DNA of 64,000 bases from an uncultured Gammaproteobacteria bacterium (GTDB lineage: Bacteria > Patescibacteriota > Patescibacteriia > Patescibacteriales > GWC2-42-12), in assembly GCA_964467155.1 (NCBI GenBank), contig CAYXNZ010000004.1, forward strand, positions 533 to 64,532, read 5' to 3'. The translations under genes were made by a program, and so were the position numbers. Numbering within the stretch: position 1 is the stretch's first letter; every line of letters starts with the position of its first letter. Shown here in pieces: positions 46,609 to 54,413 of this stretch. The notes beneath the pieces are model-generated. The model was not told the DNA's origin and did no database searches. It saw only the letters and a program-made list of their open reading frames with translations.

Positions 46609-47445
46609 TTATTCACTTTTTTTCGGTCGTCCGCGTTTTTTAGGTTTTGTTTCGTGATCTTCTTCGTCTTGTTCGCCTTCATCTTTTATTTCATCTTCGG
46701 TAGTATTTTTTTTGGAATCTTTTTCGTTAATATCTTTTTCTTCTTTTTCTTCTTCTTTGTCTTGTTTTAATAACGCACCAAACTGATTTATTAATATGTT
46801 AGTGGATTGGGCAAAAGCCTCTTCTGGAGTGATTGTTCCATCAGTTTCTATATTTAATATAAGTTTATCCCAGTTAGTCATTTTTCCGACTCTGATATTT
46901 TCAATATCTATACCAACCGATAAAACTGGCGTAAAGATAGAATCAATTTCGATGTAACCAGTTTCATGTTTTTCTTTTTCTCTGCCTTCTACCATTTCAT
47001 AACCAACTCCTTTTGAAGCGAATATTTCCATATCTAAATTGCCAGCCATATCAGTGATGTTGGCAATAATTAATTCTGGATTTACAATTTCTACATCGCC
47101 ATTTGGTGAGATATCGCCAGCTGTGATTTTCTTTTCGCCTTTAACATTTAATTCTAATTTAATAACTTCATCGGTGAATATTTTTAATCTTAATTCTTTT
47201 AAAGTTAACATTATTTCCAAAACGTCTTCTTTGACGTGAGGTAATGTCATGAATTCATGATCTGCACCTTTAATTTTGACACCAACGACAGCTGCTCCAG
47301 GTAGAGAAGATAAAAGCACTCGTCTTAAAGTATTGCCCAAAGTAGTGCCATAGCCAGGATAACAAGGTTCGATGACGACTTGCTGTTGGTTTTTTTCAGC
47401 ACCTTTTAAAAATTCAATTTTTTTTGGTAAGGCAATTTTTGTCAT
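46609..47445 (-). CDS. rpoA: RNA polymerase alpha subunit: N-terminal domain only, with an acidic tail ending in an AT-hook-like motif
   Basis: 'GTTLGNTLRRVLLSSLPGAA' matches the alpha N-terminal domain. There is no HhH C-terminal domain; the tail ends 'KPKKRGRPKKSE'. Confidence 0.9.
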   Translation of the reverse strand: MTKIALPKKIEFLKGAEKNQQQVVIEPCYPGYGTTLGNTLRRVLLSSLPGAAVVGVKIKGADHEFMTLPHVKEDVLEIMLTLKELRLKIFTDEVIKLELNVKGEKKITAGDISPNGDVEIVNPELIIANITDMAGNLDMEIFASKGVGYEMVEGREKEKHETGYIEIDSIFTPVLSVGIDIENIRVGKMTNWDKLILNIETDGTITPEEAFAQSTNILINQFGALLKQDKEEEKEEKDINEKDSKKNTTEDEIKDEGEQDEEDHETKPKKRGRPKKSE

Positions 47446-47472
47446 ATAATTGTGCGTTAAAATATAAGTTGT

Positions 47473-48102
47473 TTATTTGGAATAAAATTCAACTATTATT
47501 TGTGTATTAATTTTTAACTCAACTTCATCTTTACCTGGTAAGTGAAGTATTTTTGCTGACAAATCATCAAGATTTAGATTGAGCCAACCTGGCACAAAAA
47601 TCTTCTTCAATTTATCTTTCATGTTTTTAAATATTTTTTTATCTGCGCTAGCTTTTTTAATTTTAACTATATCTCCAGTCTTCACTTGATAAGAAGGAAT
47701 ATCAACACCTTTGTCATTAATAGTAAAATGTCTGTGGTTTACCATTTCTCTGGCTTGAGCACGTGAAGATGCGAAGCCAAGTCTATAGATAACATTATCA
47801 AACTTGGTTTCAAGCATTTTTAATAAATTTTCTCCAGCATCGCCTGGTTGTTTGTATGCTTTATCAAAAGTTAAACGAAATTGTTTTTCCATTATATTAT
47901 ATATTCTTTTTGCTTTTTGCTTTTCTCTCAATTGCAAACAATAGCCACTCTGTCTACCTCTGCCTTTTGGACCATGGACACCTGGCGGATAATTTCTTTT
48001 TACCATAGCGCATTTAGGAGTATTACATCTATCTCCCTTGAGCATAAGCTTTTCACCTTCTCGGCGACACAATTTACATTTTGAACCTAAAATTTTACCC
48101 AT
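47473..48102 (-). CDS. rpsD: 30S ribosomal protein S4
   Basis: 'CKLCRREGEKL' and an S4 RNA-binding domain. Confidence 0.95.
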   Translation of the reverse strand: MGKILGSKCKLCRREGEKLMLKGDRCNTPKCAMVKRNYPPGVHGPKGRGRQSGYCLQLREKQKAKRIYNIMEKQFRLTFDKAYKQPGDAGENLLKMLETKFDNVIYRLGFASSRAQAREMVNHRHFTINDKGVDIPSYQVKTGDIVKIKKASADKKIFKNMKDKLKKIFVPGWLNLNLDDLSAKILHLPGKDEVELKINTQIIVEFYSK

Positions 48103-48127
48103 CGTTTTATTAAAATCAATTTATTTA

Positions 48128-48709
48128 TTAAACTCTTCTTGGTTTTCGTGCTCGACAACCATTATGTGGTATAGGAGTAATATCTTTTATGCCAGTAACC
48201 AATAAACCATTAGCATTTAGTGATCTGACGGCTGATTCGCGTCCAGTGCCGACACCCTTAACCTTAACACTAACTTCCTTCAAACCGCATTCCTTGGCTT
48301 TATCAACGGCAATTTTTGTAATTATTTGAGCTGCATAAGGAGTTGATTTCTTCGGTCCCTTAAAGCCGGCTATGCCAGCTGAAGCCCATGATAATACATT
48401 TCCGTCTTCATCTGATATTGAAACTATAGTGTTGTTATAAGTAGCTGTGATATGAGCTACACCAACTGAAACTTGTTTATCAATATTTTTCTTTTTTCGT
48501 TTGTTCTTTTTTTCTGTTTTCTTGGCTTTGTTCTGTTCAAGTCTTTTTTTTACATCTTCTGGTAATTCAATAGTATCACTTTGTTTTGGTAGTTCTTCTT
48601 GCTCGACTTCTTCTTTTACTTCATCGGTAACATCAATCACAGGAGCAGTTTTTACCTCGTCTACCTTTTTAGTCTCATCTTTTGTTGTATCTATATTTTT
48701 TTCAGTCAT
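48128..48709 (-). CDS. rpsK: 30S ribosomal protein S11 with a ~65-aa charged N-terminal extension
   Basis: The core '[18 protein letters not shown]...[13 protein letters not shown]' matches S11. The extension is K/E/D/T-rich. Confidence 0.9.
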   Translation of the reverse strand: MTEKNIDTTKDETKKVDEVKTAPVIDVTDEVKEEVEQEELPKQSDTIELPEDVKKRLEQNKAKKTEKKNKRKKKNIDKQVSVGVAHITATYNNTIVSISDEDGNVLSWASAGIAGFKGPKKSTPYAAQIITKIAVDKAKECGLKEVSVKVKGVGTGRESAVRSLNANGLLVTGIKDITPIPHNGCRARKPRRV

Positions 48710-48719
48710 AATTAAAATT

Positions 48720-49112
48720 TTAAGTTTTTTGGGCGACTAGTTTCTTACCAGCAACAGCTACTCTTTTCTTATTACCTCTGACGGTTCGGCTGTTGGTTTT
48801 TGATCGTTGACCTCTGACTGGTAACTGTTTAGTATGTCTTATACCTCGATAACAATTGATTTCTTTTAATCTTTTAATATTTGACAGTACTTCTCGTCTT
48901 AAGTCACCTTCAACTTTATATTGTTTTTCAATAATTGTTCTTATTTTGTTTACTTGTTTTTCTGCGAGGTCCTTGACGCGAATATTAGAATCAACATCGG
49001 CTTTTTCCAAAATATCTTTAGAAGCAGAATTACCTATACCATAAATATATGTTAGGGCTATTACTACTCTTTTATCATTTGGTATTGTTGTGCTTGCTAT
49101 TCTTATTGCCAT
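48720..49112 (-). CDS. rpsM: 30S ribosomal protein S13
   Basis: '[21 protein letters not shown]' type N-terminus. Confidence 0.95.
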   Translation of the reverse strand: MAIRIASTTIPNDKRVVIALTYIYGIGNSASKDILEKADVDSNIRVKDLAEKQVNKIRTIIEKQYKVEGDLRREVLSNIKRLKEINCYRGIRHTKQLPVRGQRSKTNSRTVRGNKKRVAVAGKKLVAQKT

Positions 49113-49123
49113 AAAATAAAAAA

Positions 49124-49237
49124 TTAACCTTGTCTTTGTTTATGTTTAGGATTCTTGCAAACAACATGCACCCGGCCTTTTCGCCGGAGTGTTTTACAGT
49201 CTTTGCAAATTTTTTTAACGCTTGCTCTTACTTTCAT
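49124..49237 (-). CDS. rpmJ: 50S ribosomal protein L36 (absent from the ORF track)
   Basis: Hand translation gives [37 protein letters not shown]. It lies between infA and rpsM. Confidence 0.9.
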   Translation of the reverse strand: MKVRASVKKICKDCKTLRRKGRVHVVCKNPKHKQRQG

Positions 49238-49242
49238 ATATT

Positions 49243-49479
49243 TTAAAGCCGGTATGTTACACGGCCTTTAGTTAAATCATAAGGACTAATTTGTACTTTG
49301 ACTTTATCGCCAGGAAGAAGACGTATTTTATGCATACGCATACGCCCTGATAAATGAGCAAGAATTTCATGCCCATTCTCTAGGACAACCTTAAACGTGG
49401 TAGCTGGCATAAGTTCCACTACCTCGCCTTGTGCTTCAATAAATTCTTTTGAATCAGCTACTTTGTTTTTTTCTTCCAT
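49243..49479 (-). CDS. infA: Translation initiation factor IF-1
   Basis: '[42 protein letters not shown]'. Confidence 0.95.
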   Translation of the reverse strand: MEEKNKVADSKEFIEAQGEVVELMPATTFKVVLENGHEILAHLSGRMRMHKIRLLPGDKVKVQISPYDLTKGRVTYRL

Positions 49480-49606
49480 TAGAAATATAATCCGTTATAT
49501 TAAAAACAGTTTTGGCAAACATAAAATATTTTACCAAAACAGATTCGATAAAATCTCTATAAAAATCTATAAAATTAAATAAAATACTTATTTAAAGTGT
49601 AAAATT

Positions 49607-49635
49607 ATTATATATTTTTATTTTTTTATTGTCAA
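49607..49635 (-). promoter_or_regulatory. Consensus promoter TTGACA-N17-TATAAT for the infA-ribosomal operon
   Basis: On the minus strand, TTGACA corresponds to 49635-49630 and TATAAT to 49612-49607, with a 17-nt spacer. Confidence 0.6.
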
Positions 49636-49701
49636 GTGTAAAAAAGTAAAAACCGTTAAATTGGCTCATTTCGGTCAATTTTAACTAATATTAAACAATT
49701 T

Positions 49702-51606
49702 TTACTGTGTTAACTCGGCTTTTACTCGCCTAATACCGGCGCTTGAGCTTTCTTCTTTTTTTATTTTAAACTTACCGAGAGTGCTTGTGTTATCAATATG
49801 AGGACCACCACAAATTTCTTTACTAAAAATATCATCACCTTCACCAACTGTATAAACTTTAACCTTATCGCCATATTTAGATTCAAATACGCCCATCGCA
49901 CCAGCTTTTTTTGCTTCATCCAAACTCATCTCTTCGCATTTAACAGACATTTTTTTCTCTATAGCCTCGTTTACTATTTTTTCAACTTCTTGTTTTTGTT
50001 CATCTGTCATTTTTTCATTATGAGAAAAATCAAAGCGTAACCTTTCAGCTGTGATATTACTACCTTTCTGAACAACGTGATCGCCTAAAACTTTTCTTAA
50101 AGCGGCAAGTAATAGGTGTGCAGCAGTATGTAGTTTGGTTGTTTCTTCTCCGGCATCAGCTAAACCACCTTTAAATTTTCCAGCGCTAGCAGTACGTGAA
50201 AGTTCTTGATGTTTTTTCAATTCCTTGTTAAATCCTTTTAAATCTATTGTTACTCCCCTTTCTTTGGCCAATTCTAGACTCATTTCTATTGGGAAACCAA
50301 ATGTCTGATAAAGATTAAATAAATCATCGCCACTTAATGCATATTCTATTGTTCCAGATTTTTTAGAGAAAGGGCTAAATTTTGGCTTCATTTTTTCAAA
50401 TTCTTTTAATCCTCTTTCAAGTGTTTTTGTAAATTTAATTTCTTCTTTATTTAATTCATCAATAATCTTGTTAATATTTTTTTGGAGTTCAGGATAAGTC
50501 ATTGCATAATCGTGTGCGACTAGTTTGGCGATTTCTTTGGTCCAGGGTTTATCCTGTGGTATCCCGAGCAATCTTCCATAACGAATTGCTCGTCTAATTA
50601 AACGTCTAACAATATAGCCTTGGTCAGTATTGGAAGGCGTCACACCTTTGTCGTCTCCCATAATAAAGGTAGCTGCTTTTAAATGATCGGTAATGATTCT
50701 AATGGCTTTTTTTGTTTCAGTATCTGCATCAATATAGCTTTTCCCAGACAAATTTTCTATTTTATGGAATAAATTATAGAAAGTGTCGTTATCAAATGCA
50801 TCTCTTTTGCCATTAAGGACAGCTATCGTTCGCTCAAGTCCCATACCTGTATCTACATTTTTTTGAGCTAATTTTTCAAATTTACCAGCTTGAGTTTTGT
50901 TGTATTCCATAAACACATCATTCCATATCTCCATAACTCTAAAATTATCAACTTCTTCGTCAAAACTGCCTTTAAGCGGTTCTTTGTCAGGGTTTACATC
51001 ATAAAACATTTCTGAGCAAGGTCCGCAAGGTCCAGTTTCTCCAGCTGGACCCCACCAGTTATCTTTAGCCGGCAAAGGAAATATTCGATAGTTTTTATTT
51101 CCACCTATTTTTTCGTTATAAGGACAAATCTCAGCTTTTATATTTACTTTTTTGAATTGCTCTTGCCATATTTCTATTGACTCATTATCTATCGGACAAT
51201 TTTCGTCACCCATAAAAACAGTTATATATAGTTTTTCAGGATTAAGATTGAGCCATTCAGGACTAGTCATAAATTCCCAACTCCATTCAATCGCCTCACG
51301 TTTAAAATAATCACCAAGTGACCAGTTGCCCAACATTTCAAAAAAAGTCAGATGCCTGTTGTCACCAACATCATCAATGTCTACAGTTCTAATGCATTTT
51401 TGTGAATCTGCGATTCTTTTGCCAGACGGATGTTTTTGTCCCACCAAATAAGGAACCAATGGTTGCATGCCAGCAGTATTAAATAAAACAGTTGGATCAT
51501 TTTCTGGAATCAAGGAAGCGCTAGGTATTATTGCATGACCTTTGGACTTAAAAAAATCCAGATACATCTGGCGCAATCTTTTGGAACTTATTGTTTTATC
51601 TGTCAT
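49702..51606 (-). CDS. alaS: Alanyl-tRNA synthetase, short form ending after the editing domain
   Basis: 'FFKSKGH', 'HTAAHLL' and 'CGGPH' motifs. At 634 aa it has no C-Ala domain. Confidence 0.9.
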   Translation of the reverse strand: MTDKTISSKRLRQMYLDFFKSKGHAIIPSASLIPENDPTVLFNTAGMQPLVPYLVGQKHPSGKRIADSQKCIRTVDIDDVGDNRHLTFFEMLGNWSLGDYFKREAIEWSWEFMTSPEWLNLNPEKLYITVFMGDENCPIDNESIEIWQEQFKKVNIKAEICPYNEKIGGNKNYRIFPLPAKDNWWGPAGETGPCGPCSEMFYDVNPDKEPLKGSFDEEVDNFRVMEIWNDVFMEYNKTQAGKFEKLAQKNVDTGMGLERTIAVLNGKRDAFDNDTFYNLFHKIENLSGKSYIDADTETKKAIRIITDHLKAATFIMGDDKGVTPSNTDQGYIVRRLIRRAIRYGRLLGIPQDKPWTKEIAKLVAHDYAMTYPELQKNINKIIDELNKEEIKFTKTLERGLKEFEKMKPKFSPFSKKSGTIEYALSGDDLFNLYQTFGFPIEMSLELAKERGVTIDLKGFNKELKKHQELSRTASAGKFKGGLADAGEETTKLHTAAHLLLAALRKVLGDHVVQKGSNITAERLRFDFSHNEKMTDEQKQEVEKIVNEAIEKKMSVKCEEMSLDEAKKAGAMGVFESKYGDKVKVYTVGEGDDIFSKEICGGPHIDNTSTLGKFKIKKEESSSAGIRRVKAELTQ

Positions 51607-51674
51607 AAGAAGTTTTTAGTATATTTAAGCTGATATATTTCAGTATAATTGTAAATATACTTTTTTTCAAGCGT

Positions 51675-52883
51675 TTAAATAATTATTCCTCCACCAAGCA
51701 ATTCGTCTTTTTTGTAAAAAACAACACTTTGTCCAGGAGTTATAGCTCTTTGTGCTTTTTCGAATTTTACGCTTAGCTTGTCTTTTGTTTGATTAATCGT
51801 ACACTTATTCGCTTTGTGACCGTAACGTATCTTAGCCGAGCAATTAAAGGGCATTTTGGGAGTTTTACCACCTATCCAATTAATGTTTTTACAATTTAAT
51901 TGATTGCTAAAGAGTGCTTTGTGATTTACTTCGTTTGTGACGTAGAGAGTGTTGGTTTTGTAATCAGTCTTAACAACATAATAAGGTCCAGTTCCACCAA
52001 GCTCAATCCCCTTTCTTTGACCAATAGTATAGAGAGGTAAACCTTGGTGCGTGCCGATAATTTTATTCGCTGTCATTCTGGAAGGATCCGCCGACTGGCG
52101 GAGACTGATAGAATCTTTTCTTTTTTTAGAAGTGCTGTGAGATTCTACCCGCTTCGTCGGAGCTTCAGCTAGCCTCGCTGAGTCTAAGCGGGCGAGGCGA
52201 GTCGCTTCGTTGGCACTTCGCTCCAGAATGACAATTGGACCAGTTTTTAATTTTATATTTTTTTTCAAAAAATTATTATGATCTCCTTCCAAAAAACAGA
52301 TATCTTGACTCTCAGATTTTTCACAAGGCAATTTATGCTCTCTGGCTATTTTTTTTATCTCAGCCTTTGTATATCTGGCTAGTGGAAAAATTATTTTAGA
52401 TAATTGAGCCTGAGTTAAATTATACAAAAAATAACTTTGATCCTTACTCTTATCTTTTGCCTGAAATAATTTATATTTTGTAGTTTGGAATTTGTAATTT
52501 GTAATTTCTCGCTGCAAGCGAGTATAGTGTCCAGTTGCCAAGTAATTAGCTCCTAGTATTTTTATATATTTTAATAATTCCCCAAACTTTATTGTTTTGT
52601 TGCATTCTACACACGGATTAGGTGTCAGTCCCCTACTGTAGGCAGAGCAAAAATATTGTATAACATTTTTATTAAATTTTTGATAGGCGTTTATAGAATA
52701 AAATTTAACTTTTAATTTTTGGCATATTTTACGAGCGGATACTTCAGAAGCTGATTGTTTTTCCTCAAGACGTAAAAATAAACCAATAACTTCATAGCCT
52801 TGATTTTTGAGTGTTAGCAAGGCAACAGCGGAATCTACCCCACCAGAGATTGCAACTATTATTTTTTCTCTTTTTTTAGCCAT
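51675..52883 (-). CDS. mnmA: tRNA 2-thiouridine synthase MnmA carrying a ~54-aa in-frame insertion
   Basis: PP-loop 'VAISGGVDSAV' and 'THQGLPLYTIGQRKG'. A G+C-rich insert lies between 'TGPIV' and 'NKIIGTHQGL'. Confidence 0.85.
   Translation of the reverse strand: MAKKREKIIVAISGGVDSAVALLTLKNQGYEVIGLFLRLEEKQSASEVSARKICQKLKVKFYSINAYQKFNKNVIQYFCSAYSRGLTPNPCVECNKTIKFGELLKYIKILGANYLATGHYTRLQREITNYKFQTTKYKLFQAKDKSKDQSYFLYNLTQAQLSKIIFPLARYTKAEIKKIAREHKLPCEKSESQDICFLEGDHNNFLKKNIKLKTGPIVILERSANEATRLARLDSARLAEAPTKRVESHSTSKKRKDSISLRQSADPSRMTANKIIGTHQGLPLYTIGQRKGIELGGTGPYYVVKTDYKTNTLYVTNEVNHKALFSNQLNCKNINWIGGKTPKMPFNCSAKIRYGHKANKCTINQTKDKLSVKFEKAQRAITPGQSVVFYKKDELLGGGIII
52071..52233. mobile_element. 163-bp MITE-like palindromic element inside mnmA
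   Basis: 12-bp perfect terminal inverted repeats: TGTCATTCTGGA at 52071-52082 and TCCAGAATGACA at 52222-52233. Internal hairpins are present. A hand count of 52141-52200 gives 37/60 G+C. Confidence 0.55.
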
Positions 52884-52920
52884 AAAATCATTATAATTTA
52901 ATAATTTAATTTATTCAATA

Positions 52921-52957
52921 CGCAAAAACAGATGACATTTTAATACGTCATCTGTTT
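52921..52957 (-). terminator. Intrinsic terminator after the CAP-domain gene
   Basis: AAACAGATGAC...GTCATCTGTTT 11-bp stem, with TTTT on the minus strand. Confidence 0.6.
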
Positions 52958-52983
52958 TAAGAAAATTATAGTTGAATATTTAG

Positions 52984-54297
52984 TTATATTATAGCTATTT
53001 TTTCAAGCAAATTTTCCAGGACATGAAGTTTAACAAAATAGAACCCAGTTAAAAGCAAGATGACTAAAAGCGATTGAATGATTACTGATTTGTGTTGGAT
53101 GCCAATTCGTACAAATATATTAATAAGTAGTATTACTACAGTAATAATAAGCAGGATGATATAAAAATATTTTGAAAACTTTATTAAAGTATTAGCTATA
53201 CCGATTTCTTTGCTTGCCTGCGGAGTAACATATGAAATTTCTTTGTTTAAATCAGTTGTTGGTTCAATCAATGTTATAATATTTTCTTGACTATTTTTTG
53301 TTGTGTCAATTTGTTTTGTTTCTGACGAAGTTTCGTTAATTTTATTCTCTTCTGTTACGGGGATGTTTTCTACTGGAGTTATTGTGCTCGGTTTGACTTC
53401 TGGTTGAATTGTTTCAGTCGCCAAAACTTTAGTTTCGGTTTCGACAATTTTTACTGGTACAGAGTTTATTTCTTCATTTTTTTCTGTCGCTATTTTTACT
53501 GCCAGTAGCTCTGTTTCTTTTCGGCTTCCAAATAATTCTACTAAAATTGTAGTATCTTCACCGTTCATTTCGCCAGTAACAACTGCTAGACCAATGTCTC
53601 TGTAATTGTTGTTTAAAATATTTTTTTTATGCAATGCCGATTGCATCAAAGCTGAATGAGCGGAATCGGCTGAAGAAAAATTCATAGCTAGATTTTCTCC
53701 TACATATAAATAACTATACTCTCCTCTGTCAATCCAATCCCAAGGCTCTTTGCCGTCTAGACCGTAATGAGAAAAATAATTATTGGCTATCATATCGTTT
53801 GCTTTATTCTGAGCCGCGCTTGATAAGACTGAATTTATTTCTAAAGCGGGTAAATTATTATTTTGGCGATCTTGGTTTGTCAGGACGAGAATATCTGTGG
53901 TTATTTGCTGTTGCATTTTTGCCATATTAGGGCAAATAAAAAATAGGTAGCTCAGTACTCCTACTTTAAGTAAAATTGATAAAAATACGATTATCAGTAA
54001 GGGTTTGGCACGTAAAATTTTTGGCTTATGGTCATTGCCGTCATGTGGAACAAAATAGTCTTTGAATATATTTAATGAGTCGTGGCAATATTTTTTCAAT
54101 GATTCTTTACCTTCTGTTAGTTCTTCTACCTCCTCTTTCTCTTCATCAATAAAATCATCAAGATTGTCTTTTATATCATCTAAATCAAGCTTCTTCTTGT
54201 TGAATAAAAAGGTAAATAATTTGACTAAAAAACCGCCTAATAAAAAAAATACTAGTAATTTTAGCCAGTTTTTATTATCTTTTTTATTATTTTTCAT
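52984..54297 (-). CDS. Membrane-anchored CAP (SCP/PR-1-like) domain protein
   Basis: 'NYFSHYGLDGKEPWDWI' and 'GENLA' are CAP-domain blocks. TM helices sit at both ends. Confidence 0.65.
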   Translation of the reverse strand: MKNNKKDNKNWLKLLVFFLLGGFLVKLFTFLFNKKKLDLDDIKDNLDDFIDEEKEEVEELTEGKESLKKYCHDSLNIFKDYFVPHDGNDHKPKILRAKPLLIIVFLSILLKVGVLSYLFFICPNMAKMQQQITTDILVLTNQDRQNNNLPALEINSVLSSAAQNKANDMIANNYFSHYGLDGKEPWDWIDRGEYSYLYVGENLAMNFSSADSAHSALMQSALHKKNILNNNYRDIGLAVVTGEMNGEDTTILVELFGSRKETELLAVKIATEKNEEINSVPVKIVETETKVLATETIQPEVKPSTITPVENIPVTEENKINETSSETKQIDTTKNSQENIITLIEPTTDLNKEISYVTPQASKEIGIANTLIKFSKYFYIILLIITVVILLINIFVRIGIQHKSVIIQSLLVILLLTGFYFVKLHVLENLLEKIAII

Positions 54298-54350
54298 AAA
54301 AAAATTATATCATTAAAATGACAATATGTCAAACTGGTTTTAAGGTTAGA

Positions 54351-54394
54351 TCTAAAATACAACCCGTTTATTGGCTTGAATAAACGGGTTGTAT
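54351..54394 (-). terminator. Long hairpin terminator after the beta-helix gene
   Basis: ATACAACCCGTTTAT / ATAAACGGGTTGTAT 15-bp perfect stem. Confidence 0.55.
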
Positions 54395-54413
54395 GTATTT
54401 TTAATTTTTTGCT

